Positions 41,210 through 55,954 of a stretch of DNA of 64,000 nt are shown in pieces. Source of the DNA: Eledone cirrhosa (lineage: Eukaryota); NCBI GenBank assembly GCA_964016885.1, contig OZ024743.1, positions 310,124,001-310,188,000 of the forward strand, in the 5' to 3' direction. The notes beneath the pieces were generated by a model. That model was given only the letters and a program-made list of their open reading frames with translations, ran no database searches and had not been told where the DNA came from. The translations under genes and the position numbers were made by a program. Within the stretch, counting starts at the first letter, position 1. Every line of letters starts with the position of its first letter.

Positions 41210-42872
41210 TATTAGTTTAGCGAGGTTTTTTATATGAAATCGTGTGTCGAAACAGATATTGTTATACTTGGGAGGGTCATATTTGCGTAATATTGCCAGA
41301 ATTAATAACAGATCACACTCACTGTTTGGTTGGTTTTCGCTTCTCGCAGTCTTTTATATCTGCGATCTAACTTACTCGGTCCTCAATGTTGCCATTGACT
41401 GACCGACGGTCAAAAATAATACAGATACAATATAGACACAAACACATATATATAGTTTACATAATTTACATAAATCTTTCGTTGCACATCTGCAACATCG
41501 TCAGTGGTGTTATATTCTTTGTTCCTCCTGTGGTGTTGTATGTCTACGCCATTTTTTATTCAGTCTGTCTATATATTTATTTATTTATTTGCTTGTTTGT
41601 TTATCTTATTTTATTTTGTCTTCTTTGCGCATGCGTTTGCGTGCGTGTATGGTGTTATGTGTGCTGTGTGACTAGTGTGTATAGTGTTGTGTCTGCTGGG
41701 TGACTAGTGTGTGTTTATGTGCTTGTTGTTATTGTGCTTGTGTATGTATTTCATTATCTTATTTTATTTTATTTTATTTATTTATTTATACTTCTCTTAG
41801 GTCAGTGTTGTTTGTTTGGGTGTTGTTGTTGTTCCACTCATTCTTTCTGTTTAGCTTTGGTCTTCTAATTTCTATTTCACTGGCCTCTCTGATTTGCCTC
41901 TCTGCTGGGTCATTCCTATGTTTAGATATTATTCTAATTTCTATGTTGTCTATGTTACCGTCATGTTGTTGTCTAGCATGTTCGTATAGTACTGACCCGT
42001 TTTTTTTTTCATTTTAGTTCCCCCCAGTGTTGGTCTAACCTTTCACCTATGCTACGAGCTGTTTCACCTATGTATGTTGTTGTCATGTTTCTGCAAGTAC
42101 CCTCTGTACATCTTATGCTATAGACTACGTGTCAGTACTATACGAACATGCTAGACAACAACATGACGGTAACATAGACAACATAGAAATTAGAATAATA
42201 ACTAAACATAGGAATGACCCAGCAGATAGGCAAATCAGAGAGGCCAGTGAAATAGAAATTAGAAGACCAAAGCTAAACAGAAAGAATGAGTGGAACAACA
42301 ACAACACCCAAACAAACAACACTGACCTAAGAGAAGTATAAATAAGTAAATAAAATAAAATAAAATAAGATAAAGAAATACATACACAAGCACAATAACA
42401 ACAAGCACATAAACACACACTAGTCACCCAGCAGACACATCACTATACACACTAGTCACACAGCACACATAACACCATACACACACGCAAACGCATGCGC
42501 AAAGAAGACAAAATAAAATAAGATAAACAAACAAGCAAATAAATAAATAAATATATAGACAGACTGAATAAAAAATGGCGTAGACATACAACACAACAGG
42601 AGGAACAAAGAATATAACACCACTGACGATGTTGCAGATGTGCAACGAAAGATTTATGTAAATTATGTAAACTATATATATGTGTTTGTGTCTATAGTGT
42701 ATTCTGTATTATTTTTGACCGTCGGGCAGTCAATGGCAACATTGAGGACCGAGTAAGTTAGATCGCAGATATAAAAGACAGCGAGAAGCGAAATCCAACC
42801 AAACAGTGAGTGTGTTCTGTTATTAATTCTGGCAATATTACGCAAATATGACCCTCCCCAAGTATAACAATA
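41210..42872. mobile_element. Inverted pair of 3' ends of the 8820-11650 PLE family (junction ~42130)
   Basis: Complementary arms; HHRs at 41468-41508(-) and 42619-42659(+): ca-CTGACGA-tgttgca-gatg-tgcaac-GAAA. Confidence 0.88.
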
Positions 42873-42897
42873 TATATAAATATATATATATAAATAT

Positions 42898-45360
42898 AGG
42901 AACGAGCAGTACCCCGACGTTTCGACGGCTAATTCTGGACTAAATGAACATTTTTATCCTGGTATATGATTATCCGAGCTTCTCAGGGGGTAATTCCATA
43001 TATGGTAAAAGTGATTGTCACAAGGATTGGTCAAAACTTTGTTGTTGAGACAGATAATTCTATCATGGCAATTTGTGGAAGGAAGGGGTAGCTGAACCTG
43101 CCAGGAGAAGAAAGTGGGAGGGGGTGGAAGAAACCCAGTCATGCGTTCATAGTGCCAACTACAGCAGGGCAGGAAGTCAAGCAAGTATTCTAGGGAGGGG
43201 GAGGGGGAGGAAGTCGAAACAATAAGTAAAACAATATGGGGTAAATATATAGAAGACTACCAAGAATGTTAAAGGTATAAAAAAACAATTTCTGGTTACT
43301 ATTCCCTAACGACAGTCATCAAGTCTCTCACTGGTACTGCTAAACTATATAAAAGTTTACTAGGTGGGACGGAATTATAATGAGACCCTTTTAGGAGTTA
43401 ATAGTAATCAACCGAGTATATCTTACGGTGACGGGTCAACAAGTGGGGGGCCAGAATACTAAAGAAACTACCACGAAATAATAATTCAGAGTCCCGAGAC
43501 TAATACGAAATAATCTCTCCTACAGCACCACACCAAACTTTGCACAAAACATCGTCTCCTCTAACAACAAAAAACTCAACCCCTATGGAAGAAATAACCT
43601 AAACAGCAGTGGAGAGCCGACCAGGAAGTGCAACTGTCCGGATAGGTCCATTTGCCCCCTCGACAACAGATGCAGAGATCGTAATGTGATCTACCAGTGC
43701 AACGTGAGGACGGACACCTCCAACAAACTTATATAGGATTAACCGCATGTGACTTCAAGATCCGGCTATACCAACACAGACATACCTTCCGAAATCCGGC
43801 CCGGCGTCACGCCACCACACTTTCGGCCCACATCTGGGACCTCAAGCATAACAATATTACCTATGATCTCACTTGGAGCTTACTGTCCAGAGCCAACTCT
43901 TACATGGGAGGACGCCGTCCATGCAATTTATGCTCGGAGGAAACTTTACAAATGTTGTTTTCGACAGACCAACTCCTAAACAAGAAAGACGAACTGGTAA
44001 CTGCATGCAAACACAGATTGCGTAGGACTTACCTCACCCTCAAACCCCATAATGACCCAGGGGGGGGGATAGACAAGGACTGTAACACCCCACTTGCCGA
44101 CTTTGTAATGGGTAACCCCTGCTTGCAAAGGTAGACGTAAGATCTTTTATATCTTTTTATCGCTTCCTCTATATTTCCTTTTTCCCCCATCCATTCATAG
44201 TCCTTCCACCCCAGTCCTCTTTCTTTGTCGTCGTCCTTTTCACTTTCTCGTCCACCCGAGGCAGCCCTTCGGTCCTTTGTAGCCTCCCCCTTCCCCTATT
44301 CTATGATAGAATTGGCTGACTCCGCTTTTTATAGCAGATGTGATAGACCCCGGATACTTCCTTTCTTATCCGATGGCTGCCCCTGTTCCGTGCTTTCTAC
44401 ATTTTTTAGTGGTATCTTTGCTTTTCTCGTATATCAGTATTTTTTTCGGGGGGGGGGGGGGGGGGATTCTGAATTAATTTTCCGTATCAAATTTTTCATA
44501 TACATCGTACGAGCATTTATGTAGTTTGCACTAGAATTTTTGTATCGTAGCGGCACCCTTAGAGATAGTATTAGTATTCTTTTTCAGGATTCTGAATTAT
44601 TATTTCATATTAGTTTATTTTTTATGGCCTTGTGCCTAGGGTAGAAACAATTATTTCGTATTAGTCTCGGGACTCTGAATTATTATTTCGTGGTAGTTTC
44701 TTTAGTATTCTGGCCCCCCACTTGTTGACCCGTCACCGTAAGTTATACTCGGTTGATTACTATTAACTCTTAAAAGGGTCTCATTATAATTCCGTCCCAC
44801 CTAGTAAACTTTTATATAGTTTAGCAGTACCAGTGAGAGACCTGATGACTGTCGTTAGGGAATAGTAACCAGAAATTGTTTTTTTATACCTTTAACATTC
44901 TCGGTAGTCTTCTATATATTTAGCCCATATTGTTTTACTTATTGTTTCGACTTCCTCCCCCTCCCCCTCCCTAGTATACTTGCTTGACCTCCTGCCCTGC
45001 TGTAGTTGGCACTATCAACGCACGACTGGGTTTCCTCCACCCCTCTCCCTCTTTCTTCTACTGGCAGGTTCAGCTACCCCTCCCTTCCACAAATTGCCAT
45101 GATAGAATTATCTGTCTCAACAACAAAGTTTTGACCAATCCTTGTGACAATCACTTTTACCATATATGGAATTAACCCTGAGAAGCTCGGCTATTCATAT
45201 ACCAGGATAAAAATGTTCATTTAGTCCAGAATTAGCCATCAAACGGCTTGAGCTCAGCCGTCGGGGTCCTACTCGTTCCTATTACTCACTCTACTACCCT
45301 AAGTATTGAGTACTTTGGTGCGTTATGGTCCACCTGGTTCCTTACCACATTTCCTTCGTT
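42898..45360. mobile_element. Hydra-like PLE family H3: inverted arm 42898-43512 plus sense arm
   Basis: ORF 43697-44134 GIY-YIG (TYIGLT..CNLCSEE..CKH); 44655-45260 complementary to the left arm. Confidence 0.88.
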
Positions 45361-45383
45361 ATATAAATATATATATATATAAA

Positions 45384-46227
<844 letters not shown>

Positions 46228-46358
46228 ATAAATATATATATGTAAATATATATTATATATATATATATATAAATATATATTATATATAATATATATATAT
46301 AAATATATATTATATATAAATATATATATATATTATATATAAATATATATATATATAT

Positions 46359-46390
<32 letters not shown>

Positions 46391-46446
46391 ATCTATATAT
46401 ATATACATATATAAATATATATTATATATATATATAAATATATATT

Positions 46447-47413
46447 CATATACACAAGATCACCGTCTCCACTGTTGACCCCCTAGTTGATGAAAATGGC
46501 ACACTCCAGGACAATGCCAAAACCATGGATGAGATACTGCAGAAACAATACAGCTCTGTTTTCAGCAAACCTGATATGGCCGATCTGGTCCGTATCAGTG
46601 ATGTTAATCCCCAACACACTATATCAGACATAACGTTTGATGTCTTAGCGACAATAAACGAAATTAAACACAATTCAGCAGTAGGCCCTGACAGGTTCCC
46701 TGCTTGTCTCCTGAAAGTGTGTCGACACCAACTTGCATCTCCTCTTGCTAATCTGCGGAGGAACTCACTCGACACTGGCTATATTCCTGAAAACTTTCTG
46801 TCCCAGTCTGTTGTCCTAGTCTTCAAAAAGGGAAATAAATCCCTTGCAGTGAACTACCGTCCGATCTCACTCACCACTCATAATATCAAGGTATTTGGGA
46901 GGGTAGTGAGATCACGAATAAACCAGTTTCTTGAAAGTAACGGCTTGCTGAACTCCAACCAACATCGGTTCCGTAATGGAAGGGACTGCCTAACGCAGCT
47001 CCTGCATCACTTTGACGATGTTTTGAGAGCCTTGGGAGAGGGCTCCAACACTGATGTCATCTACCTTGACTTTAGTAAAGCCTTCGACAGGGTTGATCAT
47101 AAGATTCTACTGAAAAAACTATCCAATGATGTTGGTGTCTCTGGAAGGTTACTACAGTGGATCAAATGTTTCCTGACAGGCAGAACCCAGCCTGTTGTAG
47201 TCGAAGCAGTAAAATAAAGCCTTTCCAAAGTCAGCAGTGGCGTCCCACAAGGCACTGTGTTGGGCCCACTTCTTTTCATCATCTACATTAATGACATTAC
47301 TGACATCATCAAGCAGAGCAACATCAGAATCTTCGCAGACGATTCCAAGCTCCAAAGGGTCATCAATGAGGTGGGTGATCGGACTTGCCTTCAGTCAGAC
47401 CTACTGGCTGTTA
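46447..47413 (+). pseudogene. Internal CR1-like RT fragment (family distinct from the 28-33 kb LINE)
   Basis: [43 protein letters not shown]. Confidence 0.9.
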
Positions 47414-48210
47414 ATGGTATAACTGAAGTAGTAGACTAAAATTCTATTTAGGAAACCGGATGATTCTCGGCTTCAGAGTTAAGAATAAAGTAAATAAAAT
47501 ACAGAGGTAATATTTACATACATACATCCATATACGTACATACACAAGCATACGCGAAAACACTCCCCATGGGTATACAAATAGAAGCACGTGCACAAAA
47601 AAAAAATATATATATATATATTTTTTTTTTTTCTGTGTACGTGCTTGTATTTGCATACCCATGGGGAGTGTTTTCGCGTATGCTTGTGTATATACGTATA
47701 TGGATGTATGTATATATTTAATTTTAATTACCTCTGTATTTTATTTACTTTATTCTTAACTCTGAAGCAAAAAATCATTCGGTTTCCTAAATAGAATTTT
47801 ACTCTACAACTTCAGTTATACCATTTACGTGGTTTTGTCTTTGCGTGTAATTGTTCTCATTGATCCACATAGTGACGTATTATCTTCGTTTGTTTCATTC
47901 ATTTCCAGAGAACGTCTCCATGTATCACCTAATAGAATATTAGTCTACGACTTCATTTATACCATAAACGTGGTTTTGTCTTCGCGTGTAAATGTTTTCA
48001 ATGCACCAAATAATAACGTATTATCTTCGTTTTTTTCCGTTTTTGCCAGGGAAGGTTTCCACGAACCAAAGTATCGTCTTCCTTAAGCTGCAACTTTTTT
48101 TGAAATATTTACTTCTGCGTTCACAGATTGACTTTTTTTAGTTTTAGAAGATCCCGTTAAGGGTGAGAGCAGCGATTCTTTGCTTAAACTTTAATCTGTT
48201 ATTTTAATAA
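47413..48210. mobile_element. Family H4 3'UTR, fold-back pair centred on An-(TA)n-Tn at ~47597-47632
   Basis: Homologous to 24446-25020; 47413-47597 complementary to 47633-47825. Confidence 0.8.
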
Positions 48211-48249
48211 ATATATAATATACATATATATTATAATATATATATATGT

Positions 48250-48541
48250 AGGGGCTCCTACAGGAGCACTGAATGCAATGTCAACTCTGGATGTCGGTGA
48301 GCATGTCCCGCTAACCTCAGTCTCCTCTGGTCACTTTTGAGGGGACTTTTGGGAGGCTCCCATACAGCTCTGAGTTTTTCATCCTCAGTGTATACTGATT
48401 AATGTTCAGAGCCATCCTCAGCATTCTCGTGTAGCACCCATCCACCATCTGTTGGTGACGCAGGACATGGCAGCTATAACGAGGGACAGAGACCGCTGGA
48501 GAGAACTCTTCCATGGATCTCTGGAATTTTACCGGCCCTAG
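48250..48541. mobile_element. RTE-clade LINE 3' fragment with 5' inversion
   Basis: Minus strand DGCYTRMLRMALNI..NSELYG..RLRLAGH; plus strand 48468-48541 RDRDRWR..stop, then (TA)n. Confidence 0.7.
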
Positions 48542-48622
48542 ATATATATATATATATATATAGCACAGCGATGAATCCCCAAGTATAACAATATATATAT
48601 ATATATAATATACATATATATG

Positions 48623-48693
<71 letters not shown>

Positions 48694-48696
48694 TAT

Positions 48697-49510
48697 GGTT
48701 ATGTTTCCGATGCAATCCAAATTGATTGAATCGACATGGAAACGGACAAAGAGTGTACTCTTGTGTTCTTCGCCCGTTTCATTGTGAGTACCAATTCATC
48801 CCCACCGGTCTGCGCAGGCGCAGGTCCGAAGGAATTTGACCATCAACTACCGCAGAGTTCTACGAAATTCGTCCAGGCAGTTCCCCCTCTCAACCAAACA
48901 ATGACCCTATTCAGGCCTGTAATATATAGCTTACTGCTAGACACTCCGCCAGTGGCAGTCAGCCGAAAGCTAGTGGGGATGGGAGAGTATGAGTATCAAT
49001 AGGTCTCAATACTACCCTAAATTTAGCATGGACAGTAGAATTAACCATCAACCTCTGAGAGAAAATATACTTAATTCTAGGTATTATGGTTTCACAGTGG
49101 AAATTATGAATGAGAGTTGGAAATTAAAACTAAAAATTAAAAATCAAAAGTTAGTAATGAAAAATTAAAAAAAATTACAATTGAGAACCCAGATTGAAGT
49201 GAGTAAAAAAAATATATGCACATATACTAACTCATAAGTAGGGAGATGTTTAAGTAAGAAGTTTTGAAAGGGGGATCTATGTTACAGATATATTATCTAC
49301 ATACTGAACGATAGTACCGTACAGTAGAACGGATTGTCGATTCAATTTGGATTGCCTCGGAAACATAACCTTATTATGTAACAAGCTGTCTGACGATGTC
49401 GCGGCACTGGCGCACAGAACCGTGTGGCCATTGTCGCCATTGAAATATGTTTCACAGCATTACCATTAAAGGACTTTAATATCTGAAAGTACTTCGCTTT
49501 TTCTTATTCT
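48697..49510 (+). mobile_element. Non-coding HHR-bearing insert with a 40-bp inverted 5' piece (unassigned pLTR or retrozyme)
   Basis: 48697-48736 complementary to 49335-49370; HHR at 49385-49458 (gctgt-CTGACGA..GAAA..TTC-acagc) with long GC-rich stem II. Confidence 0.65.
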
Positions 49511-49554
49511 TTATATATATATATATATATATTATACATATATATATATGTATA

Positions 49555-49667
<113 letters not shown>

Positions 49668-49689
49668 CATATATATGTATATTTTATAT

Positions 49690-51030
49690 AAACTACCGAA
49701 TGAATTATGTTACCTCTGTCTTCTAGAGACTCGCACTATAATCTATTCTAAGCTAAACCTCTTAAATAGAAAATCAGAAATGTTTTCCATGTGCCAACAC
49801 TACCACCGACACTCTTTCCACAACTTCAAAGCTAGCTGCTAGTATATAACAATGTCAGATCTGGATTCCTCACCACCGTTAACACTTTACCTCTAGATTT
49901 TATCACCATATAATTACTCCCACAGCATCACTTTCTATGATCAGCTCATTCCTCTACTTACCTCCTATTTATCTCAAATCTTATACTCTAGAATAGTTAT
50001 TAGGAATAAACATAAAATTACCAGCATTTAATATAACTTCAATAACTTACTAATATTTTATTCATTTAATTAATGTATGGGTAGGTAGTGATAAAATGAG
50101 ACCTTAAAGGTATTATATGGAAAAAAGATTGTATTACATATATAAATTTAAAAATAAATAGCATTATAAAAAAGGATTCACTTATAACATAATATATTGG
50201 ATATTAACATATAGAATCTAACTAATTGGAGTTGTAAACAACTATACATTTTTCTCTTATATACAAATTAATCGCCAATTACCTCCCCTTTCACATTAGC
50301 TCCCCTTAATATAGATCTCTAATGACTTCCTGAAATTAACCCGTTAGACAGATCACTCCAGAACAACTCAAACCGTTGATAAGATTGTAATTGGACCAAT
50401 ATACAATCCATAGTTGTAGCTACTAATAAATATTTACTAAAATATAACCAATGTAATGGAAAGGAATAACTTGATATTAATACTCACAACACATGCACAT
50501 TTGAACATTACAGGAACAATCATCACATTAAATGTCTACCATAAACTTCATAGAAACTGCTTTTTATATCCAATCATTTCTGCCTGCTTAATATGCTTTT
50601 ATACCTATATTGTATTATGTGATACCTTTGCCATACTGTGATATATATGCTTAGTACGATTGCTTGTTTCTTACCTGGTTATTCTGTACATGCCTAACGC
50701 ATCTGCACTCTTTCTATACGCTTTCTATATGTACTGCTAATGTCCTCGTTTTGCGAGTAACTGTCTTCTTTAAATCCACTATAATTGTTGTATTATTCTT
50801 TTATAATATTTGTCGCATCCACTGATACTGACTACATCATCTTCACTCGTTAAATATGAAGCTGTTAATAACAACACCAACTTATATGTATGTTTACGAT
50901 TGTTCTATGGAATAGGAGGTTAATTATATGTTTAAGCTTTGCTAGTGCTCCGATGATTCCAAACTTTCGTTTGGAAAAAAACGATTTTCAGCAATAAAAT
51001 ATTTTGACCATAATTTTTATTATTCTGTAA
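49690..51030 (+). mobile_element. Hydra-like PLE 3' end related to H5
   Basis: [32 protein letters not shown] at ~49705-49800; decayed HHR at 50946-50993 (tgct-CCGATGA-ttccaaac/gtttggaa..agca). Confidence 0.75.
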
Positions 51031-51049
51031 TTTATATATATATATATAT

Positions 51050-51110
51050 ACTTTCACTCATGTAGGACACCTCGGTTATTTTTCATTTTGTAAAATAACT
51101 CACTTTCTAA
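51050..51110 (+). repeat. Solo 3'-terminal fragment of the 5075-7522 Neptune-like family
   Basis: Near-identical to 7461-7522. Confidence 0.8.
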
Positions 51111-51127
51111 TATATATATATATATTT

Positions 51128-51612
51128 AATACAATAACAGAGATAGTTTAAAGCTAAACTCTGACTGGTAACCATCTCACTCAACAAACATTAGGTTATA
51201 TTAAAATATAAACCCAATTTAAGTGTTTGGGGTGCTAACAATATGTATAATGTGGAAAAACCAGTTGTATTATTTTATGAGATATAATTAAAGTTAAAGT
51301 ATATCTCTCTTTCCAAACAATTGTTTCATTATAAGTTTTCTACAAGTTTAGGAGAATGTCTCCAGTTTATGTAGAAGCCTAATATATATTCATGTAAGAG
51401 TATATTTAGGTGGGCACTTATAAATCATCAGTGGAAGCCCATTAACATTGATATAAGAAAACAATTTCTTACCGCTGTCAAACATCATGTCCGTAAAGTC
51501 GCTCTCTCACCTCGAATGACCGCCAAATTTGAAATTCCAGCAGTTTTTGACTGAGGAAGTATCATAACGACACGATAAATGCAGACAGTTATGTTATATA
51601 GGGCAAATGGGA
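51128..51612 (-). repeat. Family D fragment
   Basis: Homologous to 37200-37620, including ccgccaaatttgaaattccagca. Confidence 0.75.
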
Positions 51613-51629
51613 ATATATATATATATATA

Positions 51630-54600
51630 TACACAGCTCAAGAGTAACCAATCTTAAAGAGAGAGATGGAGATAGGTGTGAGGAAATAGGAGAGGAGAGC
51701 TTGGTGAATTAGTTAGAAGCCAAAGAGTAAAGGCTCAATGGGCAATATGCAGTGGAAAGCAGCTAGGTGGCTGGGTTCATGCAGACGTTAGGCGCGCAGA
51801 GCTGGAAATATTCATTAGTTAAGCAAAGCAAGACCACAAATTTCACAAGGAAGACATTATTAAAAGATTGTCAACATATTTTAGTTTGATGTAAGGAATG
51901 TAGAGAATAATAATAATAATATTAATAATAATTGTTTCTACTTTAGGCACAAGGCCAGCAATTACCCAGTGCATTACTGGTACTTTATTGTATCGACCCC
52001 GTAAGGAAGAAAGGCAAAGTAAACCTAAATATGAATAATAATAATGTCCGTTTACAATTGTTTCGCTACTCCATATAATATTTCTGGATCAAATGACTAT
52101 ATATCATTATTGATCTACTTCAGTTGAAAATAATTAACATAATTAAAGATATAGCGGCTCATCGGAACTTCAAAGGAATATAAATTAAAATAAGGAAAGA
52201 ATGTTACATAATGTAATGTTCCATATATTGGTATTTCACTATCGTGTCCTGGGTGTATCAATTGTCTGCCATAATCAAGCAGTATACTTCTGTCGAGGCT
52301 GCATTGTGTGAGATCTGCCTATGGGTAACAAGATGGCCGCCAATGTACATATTTACCTTACTAATTAGAGAGTAGTTTCAGGAGAAGTCACTCCTCGAGA
52401 AATTAGAAATTGTGGATAGTTTATAGGTAAGTGCTAATTTTTTAATTTTTTAATTGAGAGACAATGTAGGGCAGGTAACTTATAATTATCTAAGTTAGTT
52501 ATAGCTATTTAACTTATTAGCTACAAGTAAAAATGGGGCTAGTTGACTATGTTGGGCCAAATATTCTGTTGGCGAAGGAATTAGCCCTTCGATGTTGACA
52601 GCTAATATTTACCTCCGTTCTATCGTTAATCGGTAGAGGTCGTGATAGAGTTATGTAATATGGTTCGGTAATACAGAAATCACAAGATTTTCTGCGTCCA
52701 TTTAACGGTTGGGCCCAAGCTAAGATATCCCATGTTAGTGAGTGTTCAATGTTGGTTATTTTAAGGTTTTTAATGAGCCTAGCTAAAGATGTCGAACATC
52801 TGTTGTTAGGGTCTAAGAAGGAAAAAGATTGCGCGTTATAGCGTACCTTAAAAGGGTTAGAGGTAGATCTGATATAGGAGCTGGTGCTCGAAGCAGTTTT
52901 AACCGTGCACCTATAGAATATTATGGGTGTCAGGCAGTGTCCATTTAGTGGGCATGCATTGGGGTAACTACGTTTGCAGTTGCTTCGGCGGTTAGTGTGA
53001 GTAGGGTAGTTTAACCTAAGCGGTTGGTCAGTGTTAGAAGGATTAGATGGGGGAGGTGTGCTACTAGAGTAGGTATTGGTGTAGTGGCGTGGTGTATTTG
53101 ATAGGGGTGGTGGTACCGCGGTGTGGGGGTTATACTGTCTTAGTTTATGATGGTTACTGAATGCGATGTAGCTAGCTAGGTTAGGTATTGTGGAGAATGA
53201 GATTTTAATGTTATTTTTATTAAAGAGTTTGTAATATCTATGGTTGGGGGAAATGTTTAGATAGGATAGAGAAGAAGCGTTTAGGGATAAAAGTGGCTAG
53301 ATTAGATGAGAATGGAAAGTTAAGCCAGGTGATATTTCTAGGCCTATTCCTTCTAGGGGTTCTAGTGGAGTTGGTAGGGGCTTTCCTAGGGTTATTATTA
53401 CCTGGGAATTTATTATTTGTCATCCCATTGCTCATTCCTATTCTAGGGTTGATTTTTAGTTTGCTACTTGGAATGGGGAGCAGGCCGCTTCCACAATTAA
53501 AGCTCCCCGTATAAGTGCTGTAACTGCTAAAATTCCGGCGAATCTGGCTATATGCTAAGGTATTTCTACTTCTAGTGTTAAGTTTATTATGGTTGTGGTG
53601 AAGTGCTGTATGATGGCATTTAGGTATGTAGTAAATGGACTGTTCATAACCAGATTCAGAAAGAGCTTTATTATAATATGCCTGATGGTTTATAAACATC
53701 TCCTCATTTGTTGATAGCATGGAGATCCTATACGAGATAGATTTGATTACTGCTCTGATGACTGCCGGTGGGTGGTTAGAGTGTGGGCTAATATATGTGA
53801 GTATTTCACCTGGTTTATGGTAAGGGTAATATAGGTTATTGTTAAGATCCAGGGTGACGTCTAGGAAGTTTACTACTTTATGTTTCGGCTCGATGGTGAT
53901 AGAGAGACCGTTATTTTTAAAGAATCTATGTAATTGTTTTTTGAGCAACTCCACTAGAACCCAAAGAAGGAATAGGCCTAGAAATATCACCTGGCTTAAC
54001 CCCCCATTCTCATCTAATCTAGCCAATCTAATCCCTAAACGCTTCTTCTCTATCCTATCTAAGCATTTCCCCACCCAACCATAGATATTACAAATTCTTT
54101 AATAAAAATAACATTAAAATCTCATTCTCCACAACACCTAACCTAGCTAGCCACATCGCATACAGTAACCATCATAAACTAAGACAGCATAACTCCCACA
54201 CCGCGGTACCACCACCCCTATCAAATACACCAGCCACTACACCAATACTTACTCTAGTAGAACAACTCCTTTATCTAATCCTTCTACCACTGACCAACCG
54301 CTTAGGTTAAACTACCCTACTCTCACTAATCACAGAAGCAACTGCAACTGCCGTTACCCTAATGAATGCCCACCAAATGGACACTGCCTGACACCCAATA
54401 TAGTCTATAGGTGCACGGTTAAAACTGCTTCGAACACCAGCTCCTATATCGGGTCTATCTCTACCCCTTTTAAGGTACGCTATAACGCGCAATCTTTTTC
54501 CTTCCGAGACACTAACAACAGATGTTCGACATCTCTAGCTAGGCTCATTAAAAAGCTTATATTAACCAACATTGAACACTCACTAACATGGAATATCTTA

Positions 54601-55212
54601 GCTAGGGCCCAACCGTTCAATGGACGCAGAAAATCTTGTGATCTCTGTATTACCGAAGCATATTACACAACTCTATCACGACCTCTACCAATTAACAATA
54701 GAAACGGAGGTAACTATTAGCTGTCAACATCGAAGGGCTAATTCCTTCGCCAACAGAATATTTGACCCAACATAGTCATCTAGCTCCATTTTTACTTGTA
54801 GCTAATAAGTTAAATAGCTATAACTAACTTAGATAATTATAAGTTACCTCCCCTACATTTTCTCTCAATTAAAAAATTAAAAAATTAGCACTTAACTATA
54901 AACTACCCACAATTTCTAATTTCTCGAGGAGTGACTTCTCCTGAAACTACTCTCTAATTAGTAAGGTAAATATGTACATTGGCGGCCATCTTGTTACCTA
55001 TAGGCAGATCTCACACAATGCAGCCTCGACAGAAGAATACTGGTTGATAATGGCAGACAATTGATACACCCAGGACACCATAGTAAAATACCAATATATG
55101 GAACATTACGTTATGTAACATTCTTTCCTTATTTTAATTCATATTCCTTTGAGGTTCCGATGAGCCGCTCTATATTTGTGAAATTTGTGGTCTTGTTTTG
55201 CTTAACTAATGA
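51630..55212. mobile_element. Hydra-like PLE family H2, tail-out inverted pair (junction ~53945)
   Basis: Minus arm encodes VNFLDVTLDL..PYHKP..SNHP through the endonuclease; plus arm repeats linker to 3'UTR; HHR-like motif at 52050-52168(-); truncated SINE ~51925-52027. Confidence 0.9.
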
Positions 55213-55261
55213 ATATATATATATATATATATTATACATATATATATTATACATATATATG

Positions 55262-55319
<58 letters not shown>

Positions 55320-55954
55320 AGGATGAATATAAAATGAAAGTGCTTTTGTTAAAAAGGAATTTATTAGGTATTGACATATGTTTCTGTAACAGACCGAATA
55401 CCTATGTATCGCTGCTTGCGTAATCATATAATGTTAGCAAGTATTCGATAGCAAATGTATAATCAGTTGTCACTTCTTCAGAGATTTTGGATAAACTGGA
55501 TAAAATCAGAAAAATTGAAGTATTTATATTAGTAAAAGAGGAAGGAACAGAGGGGATAGAATATGACAGATGGTAAAATAATTTACTGCTAAACAAGTAT
55601 ATAATGGGTTTTTAATGAGAATACCATGAGTAAATCTAAATAAGAATTTTGGGGGTGCCGATTTTAATCTCTACTTGACCAACTGGACAGTGGACAGGGC
55701 TGGTCATTTGGTGCAGTAGTATTAATCATAAAGTGTCAATTGGGGAAGGGGGAGATTTCGATTGCTACTAAATAACATCAATGCTAGTGGTCAGCTGGTA
55801 TTTGCTCTAGGGAATTGAATCAAAAAATCAGAAATCTCATTTTATCTATAGCAGTTTGTATTAAAAGGTAAATAATAGAAGAGTTGATAGAATTAAGACT
55901 AATAAAGAATGTTCATATCTATTTTGACAATCAAACGGGGATAGAGACAGGCGT

